Assembly: GCA_963796955.1 (NCBI GenBank)
Contig: CAWCNJ010000003.1
Location: 76,037-140,036 of the forward strand
From: Endomicrobiales bacterium
GTDB lineage: Bacteria; Elusimicrobiota; Endomicrobiia; Endomicrobiales; JALOBY01
Direction: 5' to 3'
Length of the DNA stretch: 64,000 bases
Of this stretch, positions 53,107-63,324 are shown piece by piece; position 1 is the stretch's first letter, and the number at the start of each line of letters is the position of its first letter. Below the pieces are notes generated by a model that ran no database searches, was not told where the DNA came from, and worked only from the letters and a program-made list of their open reading frames with translations. A program made the translations under genes and the position numbers.

Positions 53107-55773
53107 AAGAAATAGTTTTTTTTATCAACGCAGTGCACCGGCGGCTGATGATCAGGGAGTTGTTGAACGCTGTGTTGATGGCCGGTGCGTTGATCTCGTC
53201 AGCGCTGTTCTTTTACACATCGGCCTGTCTCATTTTCAACGTTCCGTTGGTTGCGCTTCGCTCTTTTTACGTCGTTTCAGTAATGAGTATCGCCTATGTA
53301 AGTACCTGTCTTACGCGCGGGCTGTTGTGTGTGCGGATCCGCGGCGTTCCATAAAGATCGCGCAGGAGAATATTCCGGAATTTTCCGATAGCCTGTTGAG
53401 CGCCGGGAATTGGGCCGGCAAACTTCAACGAATGTTTCTCCGGACCTGGTTGCCTGTCATGTTGCGGAAGTATCGCATATCGTTGCTGACCGGGCGCTGC
53501 CTTCAAAAGCGGTTCCTTTCAGGGTGCTCAAGAGAGCCGCACTGTTTTGTCTGGCAGCGATCGGCTCGTTGTCCGTGTTTGCATTATTTTCATCGCCCCG
53601 CCGCGCCCTGGTGCGGGTAATCATTTCACCCTGGGCAGAGACCGCGAGCCCCGCGACGTCCGTTGTTACGCCTCAACCGCCGGTCGCGGGTAATTTCAGC
53701 GTCACCTACCGCTTTCCTGCCTATACGGGCCTGGAGCCGGCGACGACCAACGACAATCCCAATGTCACGGGTCTTGCCGGCACCGTGGTCGTCGTACAAG
53801 CCCGTTTCAGTAAAGCGGTAAAAACAGTTTCACTTTCAACCTCTTACGGCCTGCGGGAAACCGCCCGCCTTTCAGACGGTATGAACAGTGCCTGCCAATT
53901 CACTATACGACACAATGGTACCTACCAATTGTTGACCGTAGCGACCGACGGTGCGGTTCATGCGGATCCCCCTGAATATACAATAACGGCCACACCCGAT
54001 CAGCCGCCTGCCGCAGATATTCTTTCACCTGAAACCGATGTGGTCGCCGCTGATGACGCCGTTGTGCCGGTCGTGGCGCAGCTCTCGGACGATTACGGTC
54101 TGTCCCGCGCCGAGCTTGTCTGCCGTTTGGACGATGAACGGGTCGTGCGGTTCCCCATGCCGCTCCCAAAGAAGACCGTCACCGCCATGGCCGAATACAA
54201 GCTGAAGATCGCCGACCTCGGCCTTGCGGGCGGCAGGACCGCACGGATATCCGTGCAGGTCTGGGACAACGACACGGTGAACGGGCCGAAGTTCTCGCTG
54301 TCCCCCGTGCGCACACTGGAGATAACGGATTCCTCCGTCGAACATGGCAAGATCGAAGAAGGTCTGAAGGAGTTGCGCGGCTCGCTGGTCGACATTCTGG
54401 CCGATCAGTTGACGGCCCAAACCTCTCTTGACGCGCTCATAGAGCAGTCCAGCGCCTCAGTGAAAGACGTTTTAAAAGAACAAAAAGACATCCGGCAAAA
54501 GCTTGATGGGCCGATCAAGACATTGGACTCATTGACAGTGAGAATGAATAACGATCCCATGACGGATATGGCGACCTGTCACGAATACACGGGACTTGAG
54601 GAACAGCTTAAGGACATCCGCGACCGCCTGGCTGATGACGCGGTTAGACAGTTGGAACACAATGAACGCCGCAATGCCAGCCGGGATCAGCGGGAAATGG
54701 TTGCCGGTCTTGAAAAGATAAGCTCTCTCTCTGAAAATATCTGGCAATACCAGCGCATGCGGGATTTGACGACCAACGGCGGGAAACTAACCGATGCTGT
54801 TTCTGCGTTAGCAGACAAGATACATTCAAATGTTCAACCCGCCGAATTGGAAAAAGCGCTGAAGGATATCGCCGAAATGTTCAATGCGGTGGCCGCACAG
54901 CTGCAAAAGCTGCCTCAGGAACTGCCCGAAGATTTTGTTAATCAGCCTGGTATCAAACAGATAAATCTTGCGGAAACCGGCGATCTGCTTTCCCGCTTGA
55001 ACGAAGCGGTGTCGCGGGGGGAGTGGGCAACCGCGCAAAGCCTGGCGCAACAATTGCAGGATCAGCTGCGGAACATGATGGAGGCCATGCAGGAGGCCGG
55101 CAAGGATGTGGGTTTCTCACCTGAAGGCGCCGGCAAAATGAGTGCGGAACTGCAAAAAACAGGGCTGGAGCTGGATAGCCTGGTAGCCGATCAAGAAAAG
55201 GCGACCACGGATATCCTCGGCATTGTTCAGCCGCAGGGGGGCGCCTATTATGATGATGTGGCGATCGCGGCCCGAGCCAAAGCCTATGGTCCGGTTGAAA
55301 ATAATATTTCCGGCAGAGTCGTAAAGGTCAGAAGAACCCTAGAAGAATTTACGCGAAAAAGCACGGCTGTGCCGCCTGTCGTGTTCGGTTCGCTCGAAAG
55401 TGCCTCGGCTGAGACAGCCGGATCCGCGCGGTCTCTTGAGAAAGGTGATGCCTCTGCAGGCCTGCGACAGGCTGCCACCGCCCTGGACCAGCTGAGAAAA
55501 GCACGCGAGGGTTTGAGCCAGGCTGAAAAAGAAATGCGGCAGCAATCAGGCGGATCGGGCAGTGGAGCGGGCAACGCCGTGCGAATGAAGGGGATCGCCG
55601 CTTCCCGCGGGGGGATATCCGGTGTGAAAAACGGTACGGTCCGCCTGCCTGGCGCCGACGAGTACCGTGCGCCGCGCCAGTTCAGGCAGGAACTGCTGGA
55701 AGGCCTTAAAGAGAGCTATCCCAAAAAATTCGAAAAGGATATTCGTACCTATTTTCGCAGTTTGGCTGAATAA
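53103..55773 (+). pseudogene. DUF4175-like large membrane/coiled-coil protein, split over three frames by two -1 shifts
   Basis: Frame A (53103-53351) gives two TM helices. Frame B (~53342-53407) gives ..SIKIAQENIPEFSDSLLSAG. Frame C (53407 onward) gives ELGRQTSTNVSPDLVACHVAEV.., a TM helix, a beta-rich region and long coiled coils ending in YFRSLAE. The order matches my memory of the DUF4175 N-terminal architecture. Confidence 0.6.
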
Positions 55774-55836
55774 CATGAGCAATTAAGAGTTTAAATACTT
55801 GCAAATATGTGCCAGTTTCGCTATATATAAAGGTAT

Positions 55837-57405
55837 ATGCGTATGAAGAGCGGATCAATTATAGCCGCAGCGATATTGGGGCTGCTATTTTCTTTGACAC
55901 CTCTTGTCCATGCAATGGACGAGCAAAAGATGTACGCCTTGCTTGAGGCCGGTGAAGTAGGGCTGGTAACGGACGAGATTTCTAAAATGCCCGCCGGAGC
56001 CGAAGAACTTTTCTGGGAAAGTAAAATAAAGTTCTATCAGGGTGATTACCGGGGCGCGATACGCGACATGAACACCGCCCTTTCAAAGCCTAACGCACAG
56101 CCGTACTGGAAAAATCTGCGCAACTATTATGTGAACCTTCTGGGCGCGACGACGGATTTTACCGAGGTTCAAAGCCAGCATTTTATCCTCTATGCGCGCG
56201 GTTTCGACCTGGTGCTTACCAGCGGCGCGATAAGCACGCTGGAAAGCGCGTATGCGGTTATGGGCAGGGAACTCGGCGTTTCCCCGACAGATAAAGTGCG
56301 CGTGGAGATCTGGACCACCAAGCCCCAGTTCGCTCTGGCGACGACCATAGAAGATGATGTCCTGGAAAAGAGCGGCACGGTCGGGTTGCGCAAGTTCAAT
56401 CGCATTATGATGCTTTCTCCCGAAGCGACACCTCTTGGTTTTCGCTGGCAGGACACGCTGGCCCACGAATATGTGCATTATTGCATCAACCGCCTGTCCA
56501 TGGGCAACTGCCCTTTGTGGCTGCATGAAGGCACCGCCCGCTTCCTGGAGACCGCCTGGCGCCTGCAGTCGCCGAATTATTTAACGCCCTATTCCATCAA
56601 CGTGCTCGCGAAAGCCACCGTCTCAAAGAACCTGATCCCGTTCTCGCGTATGTCTCCTTCGTTGATATACCTGAAAGATCAGGATGAGATAGCGCTGGCC
56701 TTCGCCGAGGTATCGGAAGCGGTCGCATTTTTGCGGGAGACTTTCGGCGGTCCTGCGCTGAAAGAGTTGATAGGTGAACTGGCTGTTTCCGGTGAAAATG
56801 ATTCTTTCAAGACGGTGCTGGGCATGACAGCCAAGAAGTTCTCGCAATTATATGTCGATCATCTGGAAAAAGCGGATTTTCCGGAGACCGCGGGCGCATT
56901 CAACGAATTGTCGACCATTAAAACAGGCAGCTCGGAAAATGATTTCATCGGCGCCGATCTGAAAGAACAGATCAAGATCGCCGACGAGATGCGCCTGACC
57001 CGCCGCTACGCGCCGGCGGTGGAAGAATATGTGAAAGCGTTGAAAAAACAGCCTAACAACCCGGTGCTGTGCGTAAAACTGGCCAAGGCCTTTGTCGGAC
57101 TTAAAAGGGAAAAAGACGCGATAGCCACGCTGCGCGACGCGATAGAAGCCAACCCGAATTATGTCACGCCCTACCAGGTACTGGGGGAGCTCTACTTTAA
57201 CCGTGGCAAATTCCCCGAGGCCGTAGACACGCTGCAGGAAGCGATAGCCATTAACCCGTTCCACCGTCAGAGCGCGTACCTGCTGGCCCGCTCGTATCTG
57301 GAAACGAAGCACTATGATAAAGCGCTGATACAGGCCCGTAACTGCCTGGTGCTTAATCCTTTCGATCTGGAATCGCGCATGATCTTCGAACGTCTGAGCA
57401 AATAG
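55837..57405 (+). CDS. Secreted HExxH (peptidase MA-like) domain protein with C-terminal TPR repeats
   Basis: The signal peptide is IIAAAILGLLFSLTPLVHA. The zinc-protease motif is LAHEYVHYCINRL, with LHEGTARFLE downstream. There are at least 3 TPRs (AIEANPNYVTPYQVLGELYF...). Confidence 0.65.
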   Translation: MRMKSGSIIAAAILGLLFSLTPLVHAMDEQKMYALLEAGEVGLVTDEISKMPAGAEELFWESKIKFYQGDYRGAIRDMNTALSKPNAQPYWKNLRNYYVNLLGATTDFTEVQSQHFILYARGFDLVLTSGAISTLESAYAVMGRELGVSPTDKVRVEIWTTKPQFALATTIEDDVLEKSGTVGLRKFNRIMMLSPEATPLGFRWQDTLAHEYVHYCINRLSMGNCPLWLHEGTARFLETAWRLQSPNYLTPYSINVLAKATVSKNLIPFSRMSPSLIYLKDQDEIALAFAEVSEAVAFLRETFGGPALKELIGELAVSGENDSFKTVLGMTAKKFSQLYVDHLEKADFPETAGAFNELSTIKTGSSENDFIGADLKEQIKIADEMRLTRRYAPAVEEYVKALKKQPNNPVLCVKLAKAFVGLKREKDAIATLRDAIEANPNYVTPYQVLGELYFNRGKFPEAVDTLQEAIAINPFHRQSAYLLARSYLETKHYDKALIQARNCLVLNPFDLESRMIFERLSK

Positions 57406-57414
57406 GAAGCTATA

Positions 57415-58074
57415 ATGTCAATGCGAAAACTTGAGAAAATAATCTGTCCCTGCGGCCGCGAGTTCGAGGCTGAATTATGGAACGCGATAAATGTTACTGA
57501 AGACCCCGACCTTAAAGAATTGGCCATCGCGGGCGAGGTCAACGTGGTCTGCTGTCCCGAATGCGGTACGATCTTTTACGCCGAGCATTTCCTGCTCTAT
57601 CAGGATAACGGTAATGAGATACTGGCCTTTGTGTATCCGAAAGAATTTGAGAAACAGGCCGGCCACTGGCATAAGAAAATGGAAACGGATTTCAAACAGG
57701 CCATGGGCGCCCTTGAGACGGACAAACGGCTTATGTACAAGCCTCTGTTGATCTTCGGGCTGGATGCGCTCGTTGAACTTATCCGCAACGATGAGGATGA
57801 AAATGACGAAGTGTCTATTCTCAATTATGTTCATAAAGAGATCGGCGTGCGCCTGATCCAGCTGCACCCGTCCATGACCCGTGAGCTGCAACTGGTAAAA
57901 TTACTGCCCTACATACCGTCCGCCGGCGCGCCGCTGCGCGAGCAGGTGCTGGCAGGCCTGGAGAAACTTATCCAGTACAACTCCAACCTGGTCCGTTACC
58001 GGGAAAATCTTGAGTTGGTCAGGTCGCAAAAGCATTGGTCCCTCGACGGGTCGCTGATAAAGAAGATGAAATGA
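57415..58074 (+). CDS. CpXC-domain protein
   Basis: The two CxxC pairs are CPCGREFEAELWNAINV...VVCCPECGTIFYAE. Confidence 0.7.
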   Translation: MSMRKLEKIICPCGREFEAELWNAINVTEDPDLKELAIAGEVNVVCCPECGTIFYAEHFLLYQDNGNEILAFVYPKEFEKQAGHWHKKMETDFKQAMGALETDKRLMYKPLLIFGLDALVELIRNDEDENDEVSILNYVHKEIGVRLIQLHPSMTRELQLVKLLPYIPSAGAPLREQVLAGLEKLIQYNSNLVRYRENLELVRSQKHWSLDGSLIKKMK

Positions 58075-58421
58075 TGCACGAACACTATTCGTCACGTTTT
58101 ATCGTCGGTATGATATTGCTCATCATAAATTCGCCCCTCGGCCTTGGGGGCCTGGCTTGCGGCGCGTTCCTGGCAAAGAAAACCTGTAACAAATTCTACC
58201 TTAAGATCGGCAGCGGTATCTACATCGTTTCCTGGCTGATGCTGCCGGCCGGTATCTGGCTTGCCGGTAAACAGGGCATTGATATCATGAAGGGCATAAA
58301 CCTGCATTACCCCTGGCTGAAATTCATGACACCGGCCGTTATTTGCGGAATAATAATCTATGCCATCATTAATAGACGCAAAAAAATTCTTCCTAAAGAC
58401 AGCCTCTCACAGCCGTCTTAA
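58071..58421 (+). CDS. Small integral membrane protein (3-4 TM helices)
   Basis: The start has an ATGA overlap with the CpXC gene. Hydrophobic segments include FIVGMILLIINSPLGLGGLACGAFLA, IYIVSWLMLPAGIWLA and AVICGIIIYAII. Confidence 0.5.
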   Translation: MMHEHYSSRFIVGMILLIINSPLGLGGLACGAFLAKKTCNKFYLKIGSGIYIVSWLMLPAGIWLAGKQGIDIMKGINLHYPWLKFMTPAVICGIIIYAIINRRKKILPKDSLSQPS

Positions 58422-59241
58422 ACAGGTATCTTCGGCAGCGGAAAAACTCGGGGTGCGCGCCCTGCTGGTCGGTGGCGCAGTGCGCGATATTTACCTTTGC
58501 AAAGATTCTTTTGATATCGACGTGGTAGTCGAATTCGGTACTGAAAAACTCGCCGCCGAACTGCAACGAACGCTCGCCTGCGATCTTTTGCTCCATAAAA
58601 CCTTCGGCACCGCGGTGCTCACGTTGCCCGGCGGCGAACATATCGATCTTGCGACCGCCCGCCTGGAAACGTATCCCAAGCCCGGCAGTCTGCCACAGGT
58701 CACATTTAGCTCCATAGAGAACGACCTTTCCCGCAGGGACTTTACCGTCAACGCGATGGCCGCGCCGCTGTGCGGGACCGGCGCGATCCTGGATCCGTTC
58801 GGCGGCATGGCGGATCTTGCATCAGGTCTTTTACGGGTATTGCACCCCGCCTCGTTCCAGGATGATCCGACTCGCATTTTCCGGCTGGCGCGGTTCGCCT
58901 GCCGCGGTATGAGCGTTGAGAGCATGACGACCGAGCTGGTTCTCAGAGATGCGGCCTATGCCAGCGTCATCTCCATTGAACGTGTCAGGGAAGAATTACT
59001 TGCCATACTGTCCGAAGGGAGACCCTCCGGCGCGCTTGAACTGCTCATTAAATGGGGGATATGGAAAGATCTATTCAGCGATATCCCGCCGCCCGACAGC
59101 GCCCAGCTGGATGAAGCGCCTTCCGTAGTTGCCCGCCTTGCCTGTTTAGTCGCTCCCTGCGGCCTGTCCGCAAAAAAAGTCCTTACCCGCCTGAAGCTTA
59201 CCCGAGCGCTGAAACGCGAGATTTTGACAAGCCTCTCGTAA
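58360..59241 (+). CDS. Poly(A) polymerase/CCA-adding-enzyme family nucleotidyltransferase (head domain, short form)
   Basis: ALLVGGAVRDIYL..DIDVVV and RRDFTVNAMA are present. At 293 aa it is shorter than a typical CCA enzyme. It overlaps the upstream ORF by 62 nt, so the start is uncertain. Confidence 0.7.
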   Translation: MPSLIDAKKFFLKTASHSRLKQVSSAAEKLGVRALLVGGAVRDIYLCKDSFDIDVVVEFGTEKLAAELQRTLACDLLLHKTFGTAVLTLPGGEHIDLATARLETYPKPGSLPQVTFSSIENDLSRRDFTVNAMAAPLCGTGAILDPFGGMADLASGLLRVLHPASFQDDPTRIFRLARFACRGMSVESMTTELVLRDAAYASVISIERVREELLAILSEGRPSGALELLIKWGIWKDLFSDIPPPDSAQLDEAPSVVARLACLVAPCGLSAKKVLTRLKLTRALKREILTSLS

Positions 59242-59293
59242 AATTATAAAATCTATTGAAAAACACAGCTAAACAGCTAAAGAGGGCGTTTAA

Positions 59294-59932
59294 ATGTTAT
59301 CGCTTATAATACAATTGCCGGTACTGATATTCTCGGTCATACTGCACGAAGTTTCGCATGGCTGGATGGCGGAAAAATTCGGGGACGATACCGCCCGGCT
59401 GATGGGACGTATCACCTTCAATCCTATACCGCACATCGATCTGTTCGGAACGATCATTTTGCCGGTGCTTGCCCTGTTGACCGGCGCGCCGGTGTTCGGT
59501 TGGGCAAAACCCGTTCCCGTTAACGGCTATCGCCTGCGTAACCCCGACCGGGATATGATCTGGGTTGCCCTGGCCGGCCCCGGTTCCAACCTGTTACTGG
59601 CCGTTTTGTGCGGCGGCGCCATGTGGGTGCTCAGGACATACGCGTTCCTGCCTGAATCCGTCGCGATATCGGCGACCGAATTGCTGCGGCTGATCATGGT
59701 CGTGAACGTGATCCTGCCGGTGTTCAACCTTTTTCCGATCCCGCCGCTGGACGGCAGCCGTGTGCTTGCCGGTTTGCTTCCTTCGAAACTCGCCTATGAA
59801 TATTCAAAGCTCGAACAATACGGTTTCTTTATCGTTATTATTTTGCTTACCACCGGCATTTTACCGCGCCTGATGAGCCCCATCATGAATTTTTTGATCG
59901 TACTACTGTCCGGCGGAATGCCGATCTATTGA
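59294..59932 (+). CDS. Site-2 protease family (peptidase M50) membrane metalloprotease
   Basis: ILHEVSHGWMA (HExxH) and NLFPIPPLDGSRV are present. Confidence 0.85.
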   Translation: MLSLIIQLPVLIFSVILHEVSHGWMAEKFGDDTARLMGRITFNPIPHIDLFGTIILPVLALLTGAPVFGWAKPVPVNGYRLRNPDRDMIWVALAGPGSNLLLAVLCGGAMWVLRTYAFLPESVAISATELLRLIMVVNVILPVFNLFPIPPLDGSRVLAGLLPSKLAYEYSKLEQYGFFIVIILLTTGILPRLMSPIMNFLIVLLSGGMPIY

Positions 59933-59947
59933 ACCTGAGAGAGGATA

Positions 59948-60931
59948 ATGCCTAAAAAACGGATACTGTCGGGAATGCGGCCCACGGGGAAACTGCATAT
60001 AGGTCATTATTTTGGGGCATTAAGCAATTGGGTTTCCCTGCAGGAAACGTATGATAGTTTTTATATGGTGGCAGACTGGCACGCGCTGACCACCGATTAC
60101 GCCAATACGGGCGGGATCATCGGTAATTCCCGCGAGATGGTGCTGGACTGGCTTGCCAGCGGCATAGACCCGGAGAAAAGCGTGATATTCCGCCAATCCG
60201 ATGTGCCCGCCCACGCGGAGCTGAGCATGCTGCTGGGCATGATAACGCCGCTCGGCTGGTTGTTCCGCTGCCCGACTTATAAGGAACAGCTGACCGAGAT
60301 AAAAGATAAGGATCTGCATAACCTCGGCTTTCTCGGCTACCCGGTTTTGCAGGCCGCCGATATTACGCTCTACATGGCCAGCGCCGTGCCGGTGGGCCAG
60401 GACCAGCTGCCGCACCTGGAGCTTACCCGCGAGATCGTGCGCCGTTTCAATAATCTGTACGGGAACGTGCTTGTTGAACCGCAGGCAATACTGACGAAAT
60501 CGGCGAAAGTTCCCGGCCTTGATATGAGAAAAATGTCGAAGTCCTACGGCAACGCCATTACCATCGACGACGAGCCGGAGATGATACACACCAAGTTGAT
60601 GAAACAGGCTTTTACCGATCCTACGCGGGCCCGCGCGACGGACCCTGGGCATCCGGACGGCTGCGCGGTCTTCGCCTATCATCAGCTTTTCAATGGGCAG
60701 GCAGCGGTCCGCGAGGCGGAATGCAAGGCTGGTTCTATCGGCTGTGTGGCTTGCAAAAAGCAATGCGCCCAGCTGATGGCGGAAGGGCTTGCCCCGGTGC
60801 GTGAAAAACGCCGGCAGCTTGCCGCAGATAAAAATTTGGTGGAAGCCATTCTTGAAAAAGGCGCCAAACGCGCCAACGAAGCGGCTGAAGATACGATGCG
60901 GCAGGTGCGCGCAGCTCTGAAATTACGGTAA
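59948..60931 (+). CDS. trpS: Tryptophan--tRNA ligase
   Basis: The class I motifs are GMRPTGKLHIGHYFG (HIGH) and KMSKS. Confidence 0.95.
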   Translation: MPKKRILSGMRPTGKLHIGHYFGALSNWVSLQETYDSFYMVADWHALTTDYANTGGIIGNSREMVLDWLASGIDPEKSVIFRQSDVPAHAELSMLLGMITPLGWLFRCPTYKEQLTEIKDKDLHNLGFLGYPVLQAADITLYMASAVPVGQDQLPHLELTREIVRRFNNLYGNVLVEPQAILTKSAKVPGLDMRKMSKSYGNAITIDDEPEMIHTKLMKQAFTDPTRARATDPGHPDGCAVFAYHQLFNGQAAVREAECKAGSIGCVACKKQCAQLMAEGLAPVREKRRQLAADKNLVEAILEKGAKRANEAAEDTMRQVRAALKLR

Positions 60932-60943
60932 TCTAAGGATATT

Positions 60944-61756
60944 ATGCCACAGCAATACGGCGTCCATCTTGAGTCTTTCGAAGGTCCACTGGACCTGCTG
61001 CTGCACCTGATAAAGAAAAGCGATCTTGATATCAAGGATATTTCCGTCGGCGCCATTACGCAGGAATTCCTGGATTATATCGAGTTGATGAAAGAGATGA
61101 ACCTGGACGTCGCCGGCGAGTTCCTGGTCATGGCTTCAACGCTGATGCAGATAAAGGCAAAAATGCTGCTGCCGGCCGGTGAGGAAGACGAGAGCGAAGG
61201 ACCGGACCCGCTGGAAGACCTTAAAGCCCGGCTGCTGGAATATCAGCGCTACAAGGAAGTCGGCTCATCCCTGGCCGTTAAGGAAATGGCGAACGCCGAT
61301 CTCTATTACCGCGATAATCCGATCGTCAACAAGGAAGATTTCGTCCTGGACGCTTCGCTGTTCGACCTGATGGAATGCTTTCGCAAGGTGCTGGTGGAAC
61401 TGCCGAGCGATATCAAAGAGATCGTTTATAAAGAGATCCCGATAGAGGAAAGGATCCGGGACATCCTGGACCTGCTGGAAGATAAGGATTTTATAAGCTT
61501 CGAAGACGTGCTGCGCCGGGAAACCACGCGCCGCGGTGTCATCATAAGCTTTCTCGCCGTATTAGAACTTATACGCCTTAAACAGGTACTCGCGCGCCAG
61601 AGCGATCAGTTCGGCGAAGTACGTGTCTACCGCGTAAAAGAAGACGACGGCCGCCAATTGCCGCTGATGGACAACCTGCGCGGCGACGGTTCGCAGGAAC
61701 CTGAAAAATTTGAGATCATGATCATACCGGCCCACGATAGAGGCGTAGAGGAGTGA
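60944..61756 (+). CDS. scpA: Segregation and condensation protein A
   Basis: FEGPLDLLLHLIKKSDLDIKDISVGAITQEFLDYI. Confidence 0.9.
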   Translation: MPQQYGVHLESFEGPLDLLLHLIKKSDLDIKDISVGAITQEFLDYIELMKEMNLDVAGEFLVMASTLMQIKAKMLLPAGEEDESEGPDPLEDLKARLLEYQRYKEVGSSLAVKEMANADLYYRDNPIVNKEDFVLDASLFDLMECFRKVLVELPSDIKEIVYKEIPIEERIRDILDLLEDKDFISFEDVLRRETTRRGVIISFLAVLELIRLKQVLARQSDQFGEVRVYRVKEDDGRQLPLMDNLRGDGSQEPEKFEIMIIPAHDRGVEE

Positions 61757-62391
61757 ACATGGAAGCCCCCGAAGTTAAACGGATAATCGAAGCGTTGCTG
61801 TTCATCACCGACCGGCCGCTGCCCCTGGTGGTTATAAAAGATACGCTGGGCGATTCTCTCGGCGAGCATGACTGCGAACAGTTGGTAAAGGAAATAGCCG
61901 ACGAATACGCGCAGCGCAATTCCCCGATGGAATTGCATTTTATCGCGGGCGGCTGGCAGTTCGCGACCCGAAAGGAATTCAGCCCCTGGATACGCAGGCT
62001 GTACCGGGAAAAAGCAACGCTGAAGCTTTCTCCTTCGGCTCTGGAAACACTTGCGATAATCGCCTACAAACAGCCCATCACCCGCGCCGAGATCGAAGAG
62101 ATACGCGGTGTAGAAACTTCCGGCGTGATAGAAACGATCTTGGAGAGAAAACTCGTCAAGATCGTCGGCAGGAAAGAAACGATCGGCCGGCCGCTGCTGT
62201 ACGGGACCACACAGGAATTTTTGCGCCATTTCGGATTGAGCCACTTAAGCGAGATGCCATCCGTCGAAGAGCTGGCGCCGCCTGATGAAGCGGCCATCGC
62301 TGAAAAGATCCAGGAAGCGGAAGAGAACCAGCAGGAGCTGACCCTGGCGCCTGAGCCGGTCGCTGCCGAGATCCCGCAGGAAAATACATGA
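61753..62391 (+). CDS. scpB: Segregation and condensation protein B
   Basis: IIEALLFITDRPL, LETLAIIAYKQPITRAEIEEIRGV and GRPLLYGTTQEFLRHFGL are present. Confidence 0.9.
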   Translation: MNMEAPEVKRIIEALLFITDRPLPLVVIKDTLGDSLGEHDCEQLVKEIADEYAQRNSPMELHFIAGGWQFATRKEFSPWIRRLYREKATLKLSPSALETLAIIAYKQPITRAEIEEIRGVETSGVIETILERKLVKIVGRKETIGRPLLYGTTQEFLRHFGLSHLSEMPSVEELAPPDEAAIAEKIQEAEENQQELTLAPEPVAAEIPQENT

Positions 62392-63302
62392 TATCGCTCT
62401 CTACCGCGTTCCATATCGATTCGCACACCACCTGGAAGAGTTTGCTTGATGACACCCTGCGCATGGGGTACCGTTCCGTTGAATTGAGCGTTAAAGTGCC
62501 GGAAGGCTGGCTGAACGATATTGAAGCTTCCGTCGCGCAAAACGAGGTTACAATATCCAGCGTTCATAATTACTGCCCGAGGCTCGATAATCTTCCGCCG
62601 AACAGGACCGTCTATTCTGGTTACATCCTTACTGCCGACGACGAAGAGGAACGCAGGCTCGCTCTGGATCTGACCCTTAAGTCCATAGAAACGGCCGCCA
62701 GAGTGCGCGCGAAAGTTCTGGTGGTGCATGCCGGGCAGATCTCCACCGAGCCAAGCGGCCCCCAGGTACACGGTTATATCCACCAGTTCGGCCCTACCGG
62801 CTCGCTCAAAGAGCAGATCTTCGCCTCTTTCAGGGAAGATCGCGCCCGGAAAGCGCCGAAAGTGATGTCATTACTTATGAAGGCTCTTGATGTGATATTG
62901 CCGGCTGCCGAGAAAGCGGGGATCATGGTCGGCCTGGAAAACCGTTATTATGTGCACGAAGTGCCGGATACCACAGAGACGATCGCGCTGCTGGACAAGT
63001 TCAAAGGCGCGCCGCTGGGATACTGGCACGATACTGGGCACGCGGAAACGTTTGTGCGTATTGGTTGGGTTAAGAACCATGTAGATATGATCGAGCCTTT
63101 AAAAGATCATCTCGTCGGTTTCCATCTGCATGATATGAAGCGGCTGCAGGACCATTACGCGCCCGGCAGCGGCGATCTTGATTTTGACGTTTTGAAACCG
63201 TATATTAAAGCGTCTCAATGCAAGGTAGTGGAAGCCCATAACAAATCCACTTCCCAGGAAGTATCGCGCGCTATTCCATTCCTGCAGGAAAAAGGTTTTT
63301 GA
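62388..63302 (+). CDS. Sugar phosphate isomerase/epimerase (xylose isomerase-like TIM barrel)
   Basis: VLVVHAG, GLENRYY, WHDTGHAE and HLHD are metal-ligand-type motifs of the AP endonuclease 2/XylA-like TIM barrel fold. Confidence 0.7.
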   Translation: MISLSTAFHIDSHTTWKSLLDDTLRMGYRSVELSVKVPEGWLNDIEASVAQNEVTISSVHNYCPRLDNLPPNRTVYSGYILTADDEEERRLALDLTLKSIETAARVRAKVLVVHAGQISTEPSGPQVHGYIHQFGPTGSLKEQIFASFREDRARKAPKVMSLLMKALDVILPAAEKAGIMVGLENRYYVHEVPDTTETIALLDKFKGAPLGYWHDTGHAETFVRIGWVKNHVDMIEPLKDHLVGFHLHDMKRLQDHYAPGSGDLDFDVLKPYIKASQCKVVEAHNKSTSQEVSRAIPFLQEKGF

Positions 63303-63324
63303 CGGCTGTTTTATCGGAGGAATT

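Noticed and set aside
52904-53620. A 238-aa + strand ORF spans the DUF2723-b / DUF4175 junction.
   Set aside because: Most of it is an out-of-frame reading of the two flanking genes. Only ~53342-53407 appears to be coding, as the middle piece of the frameshifted DUF4175-like gene.
55799-55827. A TTGCAA-N17-TATATA promoter lies directly upstream of the HExxH-TPR gene.
   Set aside because: The spacing is good, but the predicted TSS would fall at or after the likely RBS (AAGG at 55830-33). This conflicts with the start-codon options at 55837 and 55843, so I did not list it as a feature.
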